64,000 nucleotides of DNA. Origin: TPA_inf: Saccharomyces (lineage: Eukaryota). Location of the stretch: positions 800,001-864,000 of the forward strand of contig BK006945.2 of NCBI GenBank assembly GCA_000146045.2, in the 5' to 3' direction. A program made the translations under genes and the position numbers. Of the stretch, positions 46,103 to 57,539 are shown one piece after another (the stretch's first letter is position 1; every line of letters begins with the position of its first letter). The notes below the pieces were generated by a model. That model worked only from the letters and a program-made list of their open reading frames with translations, did not search any database and was not told the origin of the DNA.

Positions 46103-47422
46103 ATGAAACGGTTCTTACTCAGTCGAAGACAGAGACACCTTCGTATGATTTGCTTTCACAATATAAGTCTCTTTAGAGCTAATGGTGACTCCAAATTGAT
46201 CAAGGAATATGGTGATGGATTTATACCATGTTTCTTTATCTTGGAATCCATAAGAGGGGAGCTGCTTTATGTGAGCGAGGTACAATCAGGTTCTTTGCGT
46301 AAACTCTCTTTTCAGGAATTACCAAAACTAACTGGTGCATCTACTATGATTGTCCTAAAATTGGTAGGACTAGTTCCGAGTGATATTTTGTGTACCATAA
46401 GTTCAGATAAAAATGGTATCATTGACGATAAATGGTGCGTTTTATGTACCTACACGATAGATCTTAACAAGTTACAACCCATAAATGAAGACACAGTTCT
46501 AATTACAGGCACCAACGCACCAGTACTTGATTTAATAGATGGATCCTACACATTGGCTGCAGAAAAAATTAAGCCACTAAAGGGCCTTGTTAGTTCTCAC
46601 AAAAGGAATATAAGTCAAGTCAAGATCAAATTTTCATTGGCATATAGCTCTTTACTAAAATTAAACAAACTATTGGAGTATTCTTCCCAAGTCCATGAGG
46701 AAATCAATGAAATTTCCAGCAAAATAGAAGATGACTTTTTGTCACTCAAGAATCAAAATCATTGGTATATGAGAACAGTACAGAAGTCCATAGAAACGCT
46801 AGAAAAGGAAGTCCTACAAAGGAAAAAAAGCAAGAAAAATATAGAAATGGCGCAACTCGAGAGTAATGATACTATCAACCATTCTAAAACAGAACTGTCT
46901 CTGATGTCGCAGGACGAGTCTATAAATGATGACTATGGAAGCATATATTCTAGATTTGTGCAAATAAAAGATAGGTTGGACCAACTGAGGTTTAAGAAAC
47001 TGTATCAGCTGATAGGGATCTTCCATTCAACGGATTTATTTAATTCAGATAGAGGCTATATTTACTTTGAAAAACCTTCTAGCGTAAATGATGTTATTAA
47101 TAGGCTCAAGCTAAAACCTTTGAATATAGAGATATTACTTAGACAAGCCGGCGAATCCACAAAGCACAGAGAATATGTAAACAGCCAGTTGGGTTATTAC
47201 CTTTTATTTCTCCATTTGACAGCCATCCAAATTTTCAAGGCTCCTTTACCCTATAGACTAATGTATTATGGTAGTACATCAGTGATCGACAGTCAATATC
47301 CGTTGTATTTCACTGATCAAATGATTTCTAAGCATCAAGCAAAGCTGATTAAAGCCATACATTATTTTAATGCTGATATATTGCAATTTAAACAGATTCT
47401 GGAGAATTACCGTCCAACATAG
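46103..47422 (+). CDS. VPS38: PI3-kinase complex II subunit, 439 aa
   Basis: 439-aa coiled-coil-containing ORF. Assigned from position and length. Its 3' end overlaps DCR2 convergently. Confidence 0.75.
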
Positions 47423-49124
47423 ACTGAAAATCAAAAATCTCTTTTGGACTGCCATTTAATCTTTTCCATGTGTGTATATTGTTCTCATTTACATTAATTT
47501 CATAAATACGGATACGTCTTTCTGTACCTCCATAGCCAGCATAACCACCTTCTCCACCTCCACCGCCATAGCATAGCCAGATTTTGTTCGGCGTAGAGTC
47601 ATCTCGAAGACAGTAATCGTTACAATGGTCATGTCCGCAACTGACGACATCCACACTTAACCTATCCAAAGTTGTTATCCCCTCAGAATTATACTTAGGT
47701 GCAGTAACACCTTCTTTGTACATTCCAATGAGGGGATTTTTCTCTCCGGGATGTGTCTTGGATTCAATATTCAAGTATTCTGGCAGTGGGATGTGAAAAA
47801 ATGCCATTGAAAGACCTGTTTTGAACTTCAAGTTCACATCATGATAATCTTCAATGTATTTCCACTGTGATTCCTTAATCCAATCATATCCAGGATAAAT
47901 TTTACCAACCGTAGAATATTTATGTGAGTCCAGAAAATAAAGTGTACCTACTGGGACTTCTGTATCATTGTTCGAAAAAATCTGATAAATATAATTACCA
48001 ACGCCAAACGTATTATCGTGTGTATCATGGGGACTAAACTTGAAAAGGGAATATGGTAGTACTGAAGCTATTTCGGATAACTGCCAGCGCGTTAAGCTTC
48101 CCTCGTCGTCGTGATTTCCCCATACCATTGCCCACGGAATTTTTCTTGCAATGACGGGTGCTACCGCCTTTAATAATACGGTTTCAGAGTCTTGAATAGA
48201 TCTATCACCCATGATTTGGTCACCAGTAAAAACAACCAACTGCGGTTTTTCAATGTCAAGAACTTGTTGAACGAAAGTTTCCGTTTTTGGATCTGCCTTG
48301 CAAGCTTCATGCTTTGGATACTCATCGATACATTCAGACTCCCCCACACCCAAGTGGAGATCCGCCAACTGAACAATTTTGAACTTTCCTTCATCAGTTT
48401 CTTGCAGCCGTTGAGCTCCTGTGTCTACAGGACGAGTACCAACGAATTTGTAAGTCAAATAAGCAGGTTCGCTGTAGCGGTATTTTACTAAGGGAAATTC
48501 TTTTTGAAGAGTCCAATTTGCTATCGGCTGGATGCAATCAACACCAAAGAGAATGTTAATATCGCTTATGTAGCTCCTTTTCTGCAATAGTTCTATGCTA
48601 ATAGGCTCGAATGTGATGGATACATCCATAAAGGGTAGCGATTTGTCTTTAGGATATTTGGAAATTCCAGTTACTGCCTCAACATTTAGCTTTTCTAGGT
48701 TGGATCCAAAGTAGTCCACCAAAGCAGGGTATAACACATCATAGTAAAGGTATTCTGACTTTCCAAACCACCTGCGTCCAAAGGAACCTCTCAAGTCTTT
48801 ATGAATTCTTTTCCTTTGTAAGTATTGGTGCCCATCAGTTAAAGTTGATTTAAGTTCATGCCGATTAAAACATCCTTCATAAAAACGACCAATATGAAAA
48901 CATTCGTCATAGCCTATATTTACAACTAGCTTATCGTCATTTGAGAATCCCTCTAGACCTTTATTTTGGAACCATAGATTATCAACGTGTGATATCGGGA
49001 GTGCAAGGTCGAAACCAATGTGCTCTTCAACTCTTGGCGCCTGTAGGAAGTAAAATAGGGCAATCACTACAAAAACTACCAAGTATAATAGGTACCTTTG
49101 ATACAGCCTCGGTAACCGGATCAT
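47388..49124 (-). CDS. DCR2: Dosage-dependent cell-cycle regulator, calcineurin-like metallophosphatase, 578 aa
   Basis: Metallophosphoesterase motifs (GDxHLG, GDxxxG, GNHD). The ORF track starts 6 codons upstream (MVKNLN). The annotated 578-aa product starts at MIRLPRLYQ. Confidence 0.85.
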
Positions 49125-49382
49125 GTTAAGATTTTTAACCACGGTGCTGGTCTTCGATACTTAAGTATAAAACTTGTATCAGAGGTATCTGCGATCTAAA
49201 AAGATTAATTTTTGAAAAAGATCAACACTAAACCATTTGAAATTCAAAAAGCACCTAAGGCAAAATATAAATCTAAATATACGTAAAATGGAAACACTTT
49301 CTGCGCAGCTTTATACAAGTTAGCCTTCTAGCTTATGAAATAGAAATGAAATATAACTGAGCAAGTCCTATATACAATACTA

Positions 49383-49679
49383 TTAATGATCTTCTTGTCC
49401 ATGAGACTGTTCATGGTGCCTTTTAGAGACTTCTTCATCACTTATCTGAGGCCTGTGGCCACCCGTTCTCAATAAACCACCGGCAGTATCTTCAACTGGA
49501 AATCTTGCACTGGGTCTTACGCAATGGGGCTTGCGTAACTGTTCAAAATCCATGATTTTAGTTTTCCCTCCCCCTTTTAAAGTAATCTTTGGATTCTCGC
49601 CCAACTTTTCCTCCACTTCTTTTATATTTTGGGTGCGTTCTTTACTATTATTATTATTATTATTATTACTAACTGCCAT
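49383..49679 (-). CDS. Small 98-aa protein of unknown function with an Asn7 tract (YLR361C-A)
   Basis: 98-aa ORF on the minus strand between DCR2 and STE11. The Asn tract is encoded by (AAT)7, seen as (ATT)7 on the + strand. Confidence 0.6.
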   Translation of the reverse strand: MAVSNNNNNNNSKERTQNIKEVEEKLGENPKITLKGGGKTKIMDFEQLRKPHCVRPSARFPVEDTAGGLLRTGGHRPQISDEEVSKRHHEQSHGQEDH

Positions 49680-49865
49680 TATAGTTTCTTTATGCTGTCC
49701 TCACCATGCCTTTCGTTATCAGGCTAGCATTAAAAGCCTTTTAAGGTGTAAAGCTTTCGCCGCGATGGCTTTAAACAGTAGAAAATATTCATATTTACAC
49801 ACATGCATAAAGAGAGACCACTTAATAAAGCTAGTATGATAAGATCACCGGTAGACGAAATATAC

Positions 49866-52019
49866 ATGGAACAGACACAAACAGCAGAGGGCACTGACTT
49901 ACTAATTGGTGACGAAAAGACCAACGATTTACCTTTTGTGCAGTTATTTCTGGAGGAAATAGGATGCACTCAATACCTGGATAGCTTTATTCAGTGCAAC
50001 CTTGTCACAGAAGAAGAAATTAAGTATCTCGACAAGGATATCCTCATTGCTTTGGGTGTAAACAAAATAGGAGACAGACTCAAAATTTTAAGGAAGTCAA
50101 AATCGTTCCAGAGAGATAAACGGATTGAACAGGTGAATAGATTGAAAAACCTGATGGAAAAAGTAAGCTCTCTATCCACTGCTACGCTATCGATGAATTC
50201 AGAATTGATTCCTGAAAAGCACTGTGTTATATTTATCTTAAACGATGGTTCCGCTAAGAAAGTTAATGTAAATGGTTGCTTTAATGCAGATTCTATTAAG
50301 AAAAGGCTAATCAGAAGATTGCCACATGAATTATTAGCCACAAACTCCAATGGAGAAGTAACTAAAATGGTCCAAGATTATGATGTGTTTGTCTTAGATT
50401 ATACCAAGAACGTACTGCATTTGCTATATGACGTGGAATTAGTCACTATTTGCCACGCAAATGATCGTGTTGAGAAAAATAGGCTAATTTTTGTTTCCAA
50501 AGACCAAACACCAAGTGATAAAGCTATATCCACATCCAAAAAACTATATCTAAGAACGTTGAGTGCATTGAGCCAGGTTGGGCCATCCTCGTCAAATTTG
50601 TTGGCACAGAACAAGGGGATTTCGCATAACAATGCTGAAGGGAAACTCCGGATCGACAACACAGAAAAGGACAGAATTAGACAGATTTTTAATCAGAGGC
50701 CTCCTAGCGAATTTATTTCTACCAATTTGGCCGGATATTTTCCTCATACAGACATGAAGCGGTTGCAAAAGACGATGAGAGAGTCATTTCGCCATTCAGC
50801 AAGGCTAAGCATTGCTCAAAGAAGACCTTTAAGTGCAGAATCAAATAATATCGGTGACATACTATTGAAACACTCAAACGCTGTTGATATGGCCCTATTA
50901 CAAGGATTAGATCAGACAAGATTAAGCAGTAAACTTGACACAACTAAAATTCCGAAGCTTGCCCATAAAAGGCCAGAAGATAATGATGCCATATCTAACC
51001 AGTTAGAACTATTAAGTGTAGAGTCTGGTGAAGAAGAAGATCACGATTTCTTTGGGGAGGACAGTGACATTGTTTCATTACCGACGAAAATTGCCACGCC
51101 CAAGAATTGGTTAAAAGGTGCTTGCATTGGATCAGGCAGTTTTGGGAGTGTTTACTTGGGCATGAATGCTCACACTGGTGAACTAATGGCAGTAAAGCAA
51201 GTGGAGATAAAAAATAATAACATTGGTGTTCCCACAGACAACAATAAACAAGCCAATTCTGATGAGAATAATGAGCAGGAGGAACAACAAGAGAAAATAG
51301 AAGATGTTGGGGCGGTAAGTCATCCAAAAACCAATCAAAATATTCACAGAAAGATGGTTGATGCTTTACAGCATGAAATGAATTTATTGAAGGAGTTACA
51401 TCATGAGAACATTGTTACTTATTATGGTGCTTCTCAAGAAGGCGGAAATTTAAATATTTTTCTTGAATACGTTCCTGGGGGTTCGGTTTCCTCCATGCTG
51501 AATAATTACGGTCCATTTGAGGAATCACTGATTACTAATTTCACTAGGCAAATACTGATTGGGGTTGCGTATTTGCATAAGAAGAACATTATTCACAGAG
51601 ATATCAAGGGTGCAAATATTTTGATTGATATCAAAGGTTGCGTAAAAATTACTGATTTTGGTATTTCAAAAAAATTATCACCTTTGAATAAAAAACAAAA
51701 TAAGAGAGCTTCTTTGCAAGGTTCCGTATTCTGGATGTCACCAGAGGTGGTCAAACAGACCGCTACTACTGCTAAAGCGGATATATGGTCTACAGGATGT
51801 GTTGTCATTGAAATGTTTACCGGTAAGCATCCTTTCCCAGATTTTTCTCAAATGCAAGCGATCTTCAAAATAGGCACAAACACGACCCCCGAGATACCTT
51901 CCTGGGCTACGTCAGAAGGAAAGAATTTCTTAAGAAAGGCATTTGAGTTGGATTATCAATACAGGCCTAGTGCCCTTGAATTGCTGCAGCATCCATGGCT
52001 GGATGCACACATAATTTGA
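49866..52019 (+). CDS. STE11: MAPKKK of the pheromone/filamentation/HOG pathways, 717 aa
   Basis: N-terminal SAM domain ([39 protein letters not shown]) and a C-terminal Ser/Thr kinase domain ([11 protein letters not shown]...[10 protein letters not shown]...DFGISKK). The ORF track extends 21 codons upstream. The annotated start is MEQTQTAEG. Confidence 0.93.
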   Translation: MEQTQTAEGTDLLIGDEKTNDLPFVQLFLEEIGCTQYLDSFIQCNLVTEEEIKYLDKDILIALGVNKIGDRLKILRKSKSFQRDKRIEQVNRLKNLMEKVSSLSTATLSMNSELIPEKHCVIFILNDGSAKKVNVNGCFNADSIKKRLIRRLPHELLATNSNGEVTKMVQDYDVFVLDYTKNVLHLLYDVELVTICHANDRVEKNRLIFVSKDQTPSDKAISTSKKLYLRTLSALSQVGPSSSNLLAQNKGISHNNAEGKLRIDNTEKDRIRQIFNQRPPSEFISTNLAGYFPHTDMKRLQKTMRESFRHSARLSIAQRRPLSAESNNIGDILLKHSNAVDMALLQGLDQTRLSSKLDTTKIPKLAHKRPEDNDAISNQLELLSVESGEEEDHDFFGEDSDIVSLPTKIATPKNWLKGACIGSGSFGSVYLGMNAHTGELMAVKQVEIKNNNIGVPTDNNKQANSDENNEQEEQQEKIEDVGAVSHPKTNQNIHRKMVDALQHEMNLLKELHHENIVTYYGASQEGGNLNIFLEYVPGGSVSSMLNNYGPFEESLITNFTRQILIGVAYLHKKNIIHRDIKGANILIDIKGCVKITDFGISKKLSPLNKKQNKRASLQGSVFWMSPEVVKQTATTAKADIWSTGCVVIEMFTGKHPFPDFSQMQAIFKIGTNTTPEIPSWATSEGKNFLRKAFELDYQYRPSALELLQHPWLDAHII

Positions 52020-52494
52020 AAAAGGGCTACTTATTAATTCTTTTTATGGCACTAAAGTGCTCTGGCCGATTTTTTATCAAATAATACATATATATCATAT
52101 TTAGTGACATTTATTGAATATATCTGCTATTTACCGGTTTTTTTTTTTCAATTACGCTGATTAAGTAATCATAAATCACAATTGTGAAAAAAAGACCAAA
52201 CTAGATGACGGTATTTGATTCTCATACCCCTGGAATAAAATCAAGTAAGATAATTCTGATAAAAAAATCCGACCGCACAGATGGAAGCACGAAGAAACAG
52301 GCCTTTCTTTGCGAGGTGATATCAAACCATTGATATCTTCTCAATAACCTGCTCTAGGAAAAGGAGGTAGATAGACAAAAGCAAGGAAATAATCCATAGA
52401 GTTTCATTCACATGAATAATCTGTTACCAATTTTTCTCATAAGATAAAGCCATCTATCAAAAATGATATTGAAATATTTGAAAAATGCTTGTTT

Positions 52495-53151
52495 TTATGG
52501 GGACCACAATTCGCCTGTACCTCTAGAAGCGTAAACTGTTTTATTGAAGTTAGTCCTGATAATTTCTCTACCGTTTTCGCTTTCTTCCTTAGTGCCATTT
52601 TTTAGCATCATATTATTGAATTTTTCACTTTCTCTAAATGATTTATCATTCATGTCCTTGGACAAGATTGAATCTACATCAACAATTGAACAGGAAGGAA
52701 TATTGCATTGCATGGCCATTTCCCGGATTTGAGGATCTTCACTAATTAAAAACCAATGTAGCCCCTCATTTCCTTCTAGGTAGCATTTGTAAATACAACT
52801 TTTCAACAAATTCTTTAATCTCTTAGGCAATTTTGCAATATTAATCTTTCCAGAACTATCATTATGTTCCATTACATCTGACCATAAAATAATGTCTAAA
52901 ACTTCGGGAAATTCGATAAAAACTTTCAAATTAGCAAATTTAGAATCATCTAATCTATCGATAAACTTCAAGGATTCTCGAGCTGCAAAACTTTTACGCC
53001 TTTGTTGAAGGAAATCCAATTCATTTAATGTGAATGTTGGAATATAAAAGTTCAAAGTCACAGCTTCTGTACAGTCCGAGCACCACCTCTTGATGTTGCC
53101 TAGACCCTTTTCAAAAGCTGAAGCATCTATAATGAAATTATATTGTGTCAT
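52495..53151 (-). CDS. NMD4: PIN-domain NMD factor, 218 aa
   Basis: The 226-aa open frame contains the 218-aa product starting at MTQYNFIIDASAFEKG, which is PIN-like. Confidence 0.8.
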   Translation of the reverse strand: MTQYNFIIDASAFEKGLGNIKRWCSDCTEAVTLNFYIPTFTLNELDFLQQRRKSFAARESLKFIDRLDDSKFANLKVFIEFPEVLDIILWSDVMEHNDSSGKINIAKLPKRLKNLLKSCIYKCYLEGNEGLHWFLISEDPQIREMAMQCNIPSCSIVDVDSILSKDMNDKSFRESEKFNNMMLKNGTKEESENGREIIRTNFNKTVYASRGTGELWSP

Positions 53152-53460
53152 TAACCTGCTTTTTGAGGAGACCAAAATTGGAAAGAAAGAAGGTGCTTAT
53201 ATTTCACGAATGAATGATATTAGCAGGTGTAATATTCTTCTATAACACCACTACACTAACTTTTAAATTAAAGCGCTCTTCATTGTTACTTCAAATCAAT
53301 TTCTGAGATTATGAAAGTCGTCACGTTTTACGAAGGTATTGAATTTTTCAGGTTCTTTTGGAAAATAGTAGTATACATCAGTTTATTAACGATGAGATGG
53401 TATTATTACTTGCACCTTTTGTAAAGATAACTAGTATTCATAAAGTCCATAAGCTACAAT

Positions 53461-53718
53461 ATGCCTCAAAAACCACTTAAAGTTACTAAGAAAGCCAAGG
53501 ACCCCCGTAGGGTCACAAAGAAACAAAAAAATTTGAGAAAAGCTGCCCCATTGCAATTGAAATCAAAAAAGAAATCTTTGCAACATCTGAAGAAATTGAA
53601 AAAGAGCTCTTCCCTTACCGAAACCACTGAAAGATTAGTTGCGAGTAAAGTCGGGCATTTGGAGTTGTTGAGAGGTACTAGAAAGGAGTTGGAAAAAGGT
53701 AAGAAGAACTCTAAATGA
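53461..53718 (+). CDS. Small basic 85-aa protein (YLR363W-A)
   Basis: Lys/Arg-rich 85-aa ORF with yeast-like codon usage in a ~290-bp promoter-sized gap after NMD4. Confidence 0.6.
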   Translation: MPQKPLKVTKKAKDPRRVTKKQKNLRKAAPLQLKSKKKSLQHLKKLKKSSSLTETTERLVASKVGHLELLRGTRKELEKGKKNSK

Positions 53719-54061
53719 TTTCAAGTGAATAAGATTCGCCCATCATTGAAAGGTATTTATTTTCGGGTAAGGACTATCTAGGTACATCTCATCAAATTTT
53801 TTATAGTCCAATTTGATCCTAGTGTTTGTATATTAGCTTTGTAACTTCTAAGTTATCCAATAGAAAAAATGCGTTGCTTTTTTGTTTCCCGCGAGAAATT
53901 TAACAATATGGTGAATTAAGTGTTGATGCCACAGTTTGTAAAAAAAATCGACACAGGTTTGCTATTTAAGCAGACGTAAGTGTTGTAAAATTATGTATTC
54001 CCAGTTTGGCCAGAAGAGGAGTAAATATCGCATATTTATAGAATAAGTACAACATCAAATA

Positions 54062-54391
54062 ATGTCTGCCTTTGTTACTAAAGCTGAAGAGATGATCAAA
54101 TCTCATCCATATTTCCAGTTATCCGCCAGCTGGTGCCCCGACTGCGTCTATGCTAATTCCATTTGGAATAAGTTGAATGTACAGGACAAAGTTTTCGTTT
54201 TTGATATTGGTTCACTTCCAAGAAACGAACAGGAAAAATGGAGAATTGCGTTCCAAAAAGTTGTTGGTAGCAGAAACTTACCAACGATAGTTGTCAATGG
54301 TAAATTCTGGGGTACTGAGAGTCAATTGCATAGATTTGAAGCAAAAGGCACTCTTGAGGAGGAATTGACTAAAATCGGGCTTCTGCCTTGA
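54062..54391 (+). CDS. GRX8: Glutaredoxin-like protein, 109 aa
   Basis: Thioredoxin-fold ORF with a CPDC active-site motif (SASWCPDCVYAN). Confidence 0.85.
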   Translation: MSAFVTKAEEMIKSHPYFQLSASWCPDCVYANSIWNKLNVQDKVFVFDIGSLPRNEQEKWRIAFQKVVGSRNLPTIVVNGKFWGTESQLHRFEAKGTLEEELTKIGLLP

Positions 54392-55877
54392 ACAGGTTGG
54401 ATATTTTTATATTAATATGTACGTAATATGTCTGGAATATTTCGAAAACACGGGTAAGCAAATAAAGGCCTCCCATTCTTCCTTCTATAGAAGCGTGAGC
54501 GCTTCCTCATTAACCTCTTCTTTAGCAGTCCATATGTAAAGATATCCAAGAGATTGTTCCCATAAAACGTTGACGCTAAGCACCTTCATCAGTGTCATAT
54601 AGAAAGACAGCGCTCCAAGCACCATTTCCGTTTTCTTTCATTTTGGAATGGTTAAATAATGACTATCTATGATAGTTTAAAAATACCAATATCATAGAAG
54701 ATGAAAGTCAAATATATGACTAAAAATTTAGGTGAAAAATGTAATTTAATGTATACCTTTCATTTACAAAATGTCAAAGACTTTACACAGTCTCCGCGTC
54801 AAATTATCACATGAATGTACAATCACTTTTCTGACTGCTCTAAGCTATGTCATTGCGATGCAGAATTTCACTGCCGCATAGACAATTTTGTGTTTCTTTT
54901 GACGGTGAATTCATACTCATCTGTTCCGTTTATGCACATTTACCTCCCACTTCGCTCTTAGCGATTTTATGTCACACAACAACTTTATTCGTTTATGCCG
55001 GACTTTCCTACTTATACATAATGGAAAACTTAAAATAATTTTAAAAGGAAAGTTTCTGCCACATATAACTAGTTCTCTTTTCTTATATGCAATTCGGTTG
55101 CATACTTAAAAGTAATCAGACCGAATGAACATGTGCCTTTGCATTACTTCTTTTCAAAGGACATCTCTTTGCAAGCTAACCATCTGAAAGGCCGATGAAT
55201 GGTCAAAGGACGTCATTCAAAACGCAAAGGGAATTTCCACATTATTTTACGTAATGCTTCGCTGTTACAAAGACAGAAACTTGACAAATCAAGGTCAACT
55301 GGATCGTTGCTCGAAAGTCGCCGTCAGCCATGCGTTTTACTTTCGTTTGCAAAACTCTTTCTCTTGTGTATCGTATTTAGCCCGAAATTAGACTATACCA
55401 AAAAAAAGACCAAGATTCTTAAGCTTCATCAATCCTTTGGAACTGCAACTATTCTTACAATCTTTCATTTACATGGCTCAAGAAGTGTTGCTGCTCAAAA
55501 TTTCATTCTATTTCATGATTATTTACATTAAACAAGTATGATCCGTTATTCTTCTCGCAACCGGAGTGCTCGAGAAGTGCCAGTAAGACGACACCCTATT
55601 TTTCAAGTCCAGCATTGGAAGACTTCCAATGAACACTCTTATCATTATTCTTTATGCATTACGTTTCGCAGTAATCCTAGAACCCTAACTTTTTCTAAAA
55701 TTACCGTCAAAAATGACGGACGCAACTTTTCTCAGAAATTTTTTTTTTCATTTCTCTTAAAAAGTTTTCTACGCTGGATAAATTGTTCTCTTCCCTTTGA
55801 AATATGGAGACGTTCAAAGTCAATTTCCACACATTTAAGGTGAACAAATAAATTATAAGATACCACATTAACAACAA

Positions 55878-56434
55878 GTATGTGGACGAGGTGTGGTAAG
55901 ATCTCCGCTGAGGTTGATTGAAAAGTATTGGGTAAATTTGTACTTTTTGTCTGCTGCTGGTCGTTTGTCTTTCGTTTTAAAATTGCGCTAGACAAGTAAA
56001 CAGGGATTGCTTAAGAATCAAAGTAGCTTAACTCTAAAGTATTATTTTCCTCAGTTGTGGGCCCATGTGTTGGAGGGAAGGAATATATTGAAATGTAAAT
56101 GTTCTTAAGTTCGGTTGAACTTGGATATTGTTACAAGAGTTCTAGTCTTTGATACCATTTTTACGCAATTACAACCGCATTATTTACCTTTTCATCTTCA
56201 GTTTTACGGTTCAGTTTATTCTGTTACGAAAGAACTATGGTGATTCAAAGGCGAAGTGCGTAGGATTGTAACTCCTATATCTTTAGGATACTTACAATTT
56301 TGTACTGTTTTCAAGACCACTGTAACCGATAATAAACCGGAGGACACATTTTAACCCACTATTTTTTTCAGAAGATCAGATGCGAGAGCTCGAAGCATAA
56401 GTATAATACTAACGTTTCAAAACATAGTAATTAG
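55878..56434 (+). other. RPS22B: 5'UTR intron of RPS22B (~550 nt)
   Basis: GTATGT at 55878-55883. TACTAAC branch point at 56407-56413. Acceptor AG at 56426-56427 or 56433-56434, the latter giving the 557 nt I recall for this intron. The intron ends 7-15 nt upstream of the RPS22B ATG. Confidence 0.55.
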
Positions 56435-56441
56435 GTAAAAA

Positions 56442-57317
56442 ATGACTCGCTCTTCCGTTTTAGCTGATGCTTTGAATGCCATTAATAACGCCGAAAAGAC
56501 CGGTAAACGTCAGGTTCTATTGAGACCTTCTTCCAAGGTTATCATCAAGTTTTTACAAGTTATGCAAAAGCATGGTATGTTCCAACTATTTTTCAATATT
56601 TTCACATGTGTTTCAATTTCTGCTTATTTTTAAATGTTACCACGAGGTTTGTCCAAGTTCAATGTTGCGCAACTCTAACGAAGAAATAATTATTGCCATT
56701 GTTTTTTACTCCGGGCTGATAACTAGATGGTGTGATCGGGCAGTATACTAATTTATACTGGACAAAGACTCGTAAAAGATGTTCTTTGTGCTTAGTCCCA
56801 TACTGTTTTTTAAGTGTCCGGGATATTTAATCCCATGTGGAAATGCTTCTTACACGGTTATGGATTACACCTCATGTGTAGCTACTATATCCATTACCGT
56901 TTACTTTTCCTCAAAATCTCACTCTTAAAATTTTCAATGGCAAAATTCTTCCGCACAACTTAGACAACATTTTCTTGTTTTTTATGAAGTAAGCAAAAAT
57001 TTCGAATCAACAACGCTCCATGAGATTCTTCAATACTAACATTTACTCCTTATTTAGGTTACATTGGCGAATTCGAATACATTGACGACCACAGATCTGG
57101 TAAGATTGTCGTCCAACTGAACGGTAGATTGAACAAATGTGGTGTTATTTCCCCAAGATTTAACGTTAAGATTGGTGACATTGAAAAATGGACCGCCAAC
57201 TTATTGCCAGCCAGACAATTCGGTTACGTTATTTTGACTACTTCTGCGGGTATTATGGACCATGAGGAAGCTAGAAGAAAGCACGTTTCCGGTAAAATCT
57301 TGGGTTTTGTCTATTAA
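56442..57317 (+). CDS. RPS22B: Ribosomal protein S22 (S15a/S8 family), 130 aa, exons 56442-56574 and 57058-57317
   Basis: Exon 1 reads [45 protein letters not shown]. The intron runs from 56575 to 57057, starting with GTATGT. It has a TACTAAC branch point at 57034-57040 and a TATTTAG acceptor. Exon 2 continues in frame as [85 protein letters not shown]. Confidence 0.92.
56710..56920 (+). ncRNA. SNR44: H/ACA box snoRNA snR44, hosted in the RPS22B ORF intron. Boundaries are approximate and from memory.
   Basis: The 483-nt ORF intron is unusually long for yeast. I recall snR44 as intronic in RPS22B at roughly these coordinates. Locally there is a hairpin CAGTATA...TATACTG at 56741-56760, followed by an H-box-like AAAAGA at 56774-56779. 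ACA triplets lie near 56865 and 56964-56969. I could not fold the exact ends by eye. Confidence 0.45.
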
Positions 57318-57539
57318 GTAAGTTTTTAGTAGTGGTACATATATAATATTAATTCTTATATCCGTCTTTTCTCTTTGGTTATTTTCTCAGCTTCAGATAT
57401 TCAAGGAACCGTATTTTTGCGTAATAGCGAAAAATTGTTTATGTTACATAATAAGTGAAAGCTGGAGGAGCATATGTATAGAATCGAAGAGAAACCTGAA
57501 CAATTTTTCGGTATTAGTTACTAAAAGGCTCACATATAC

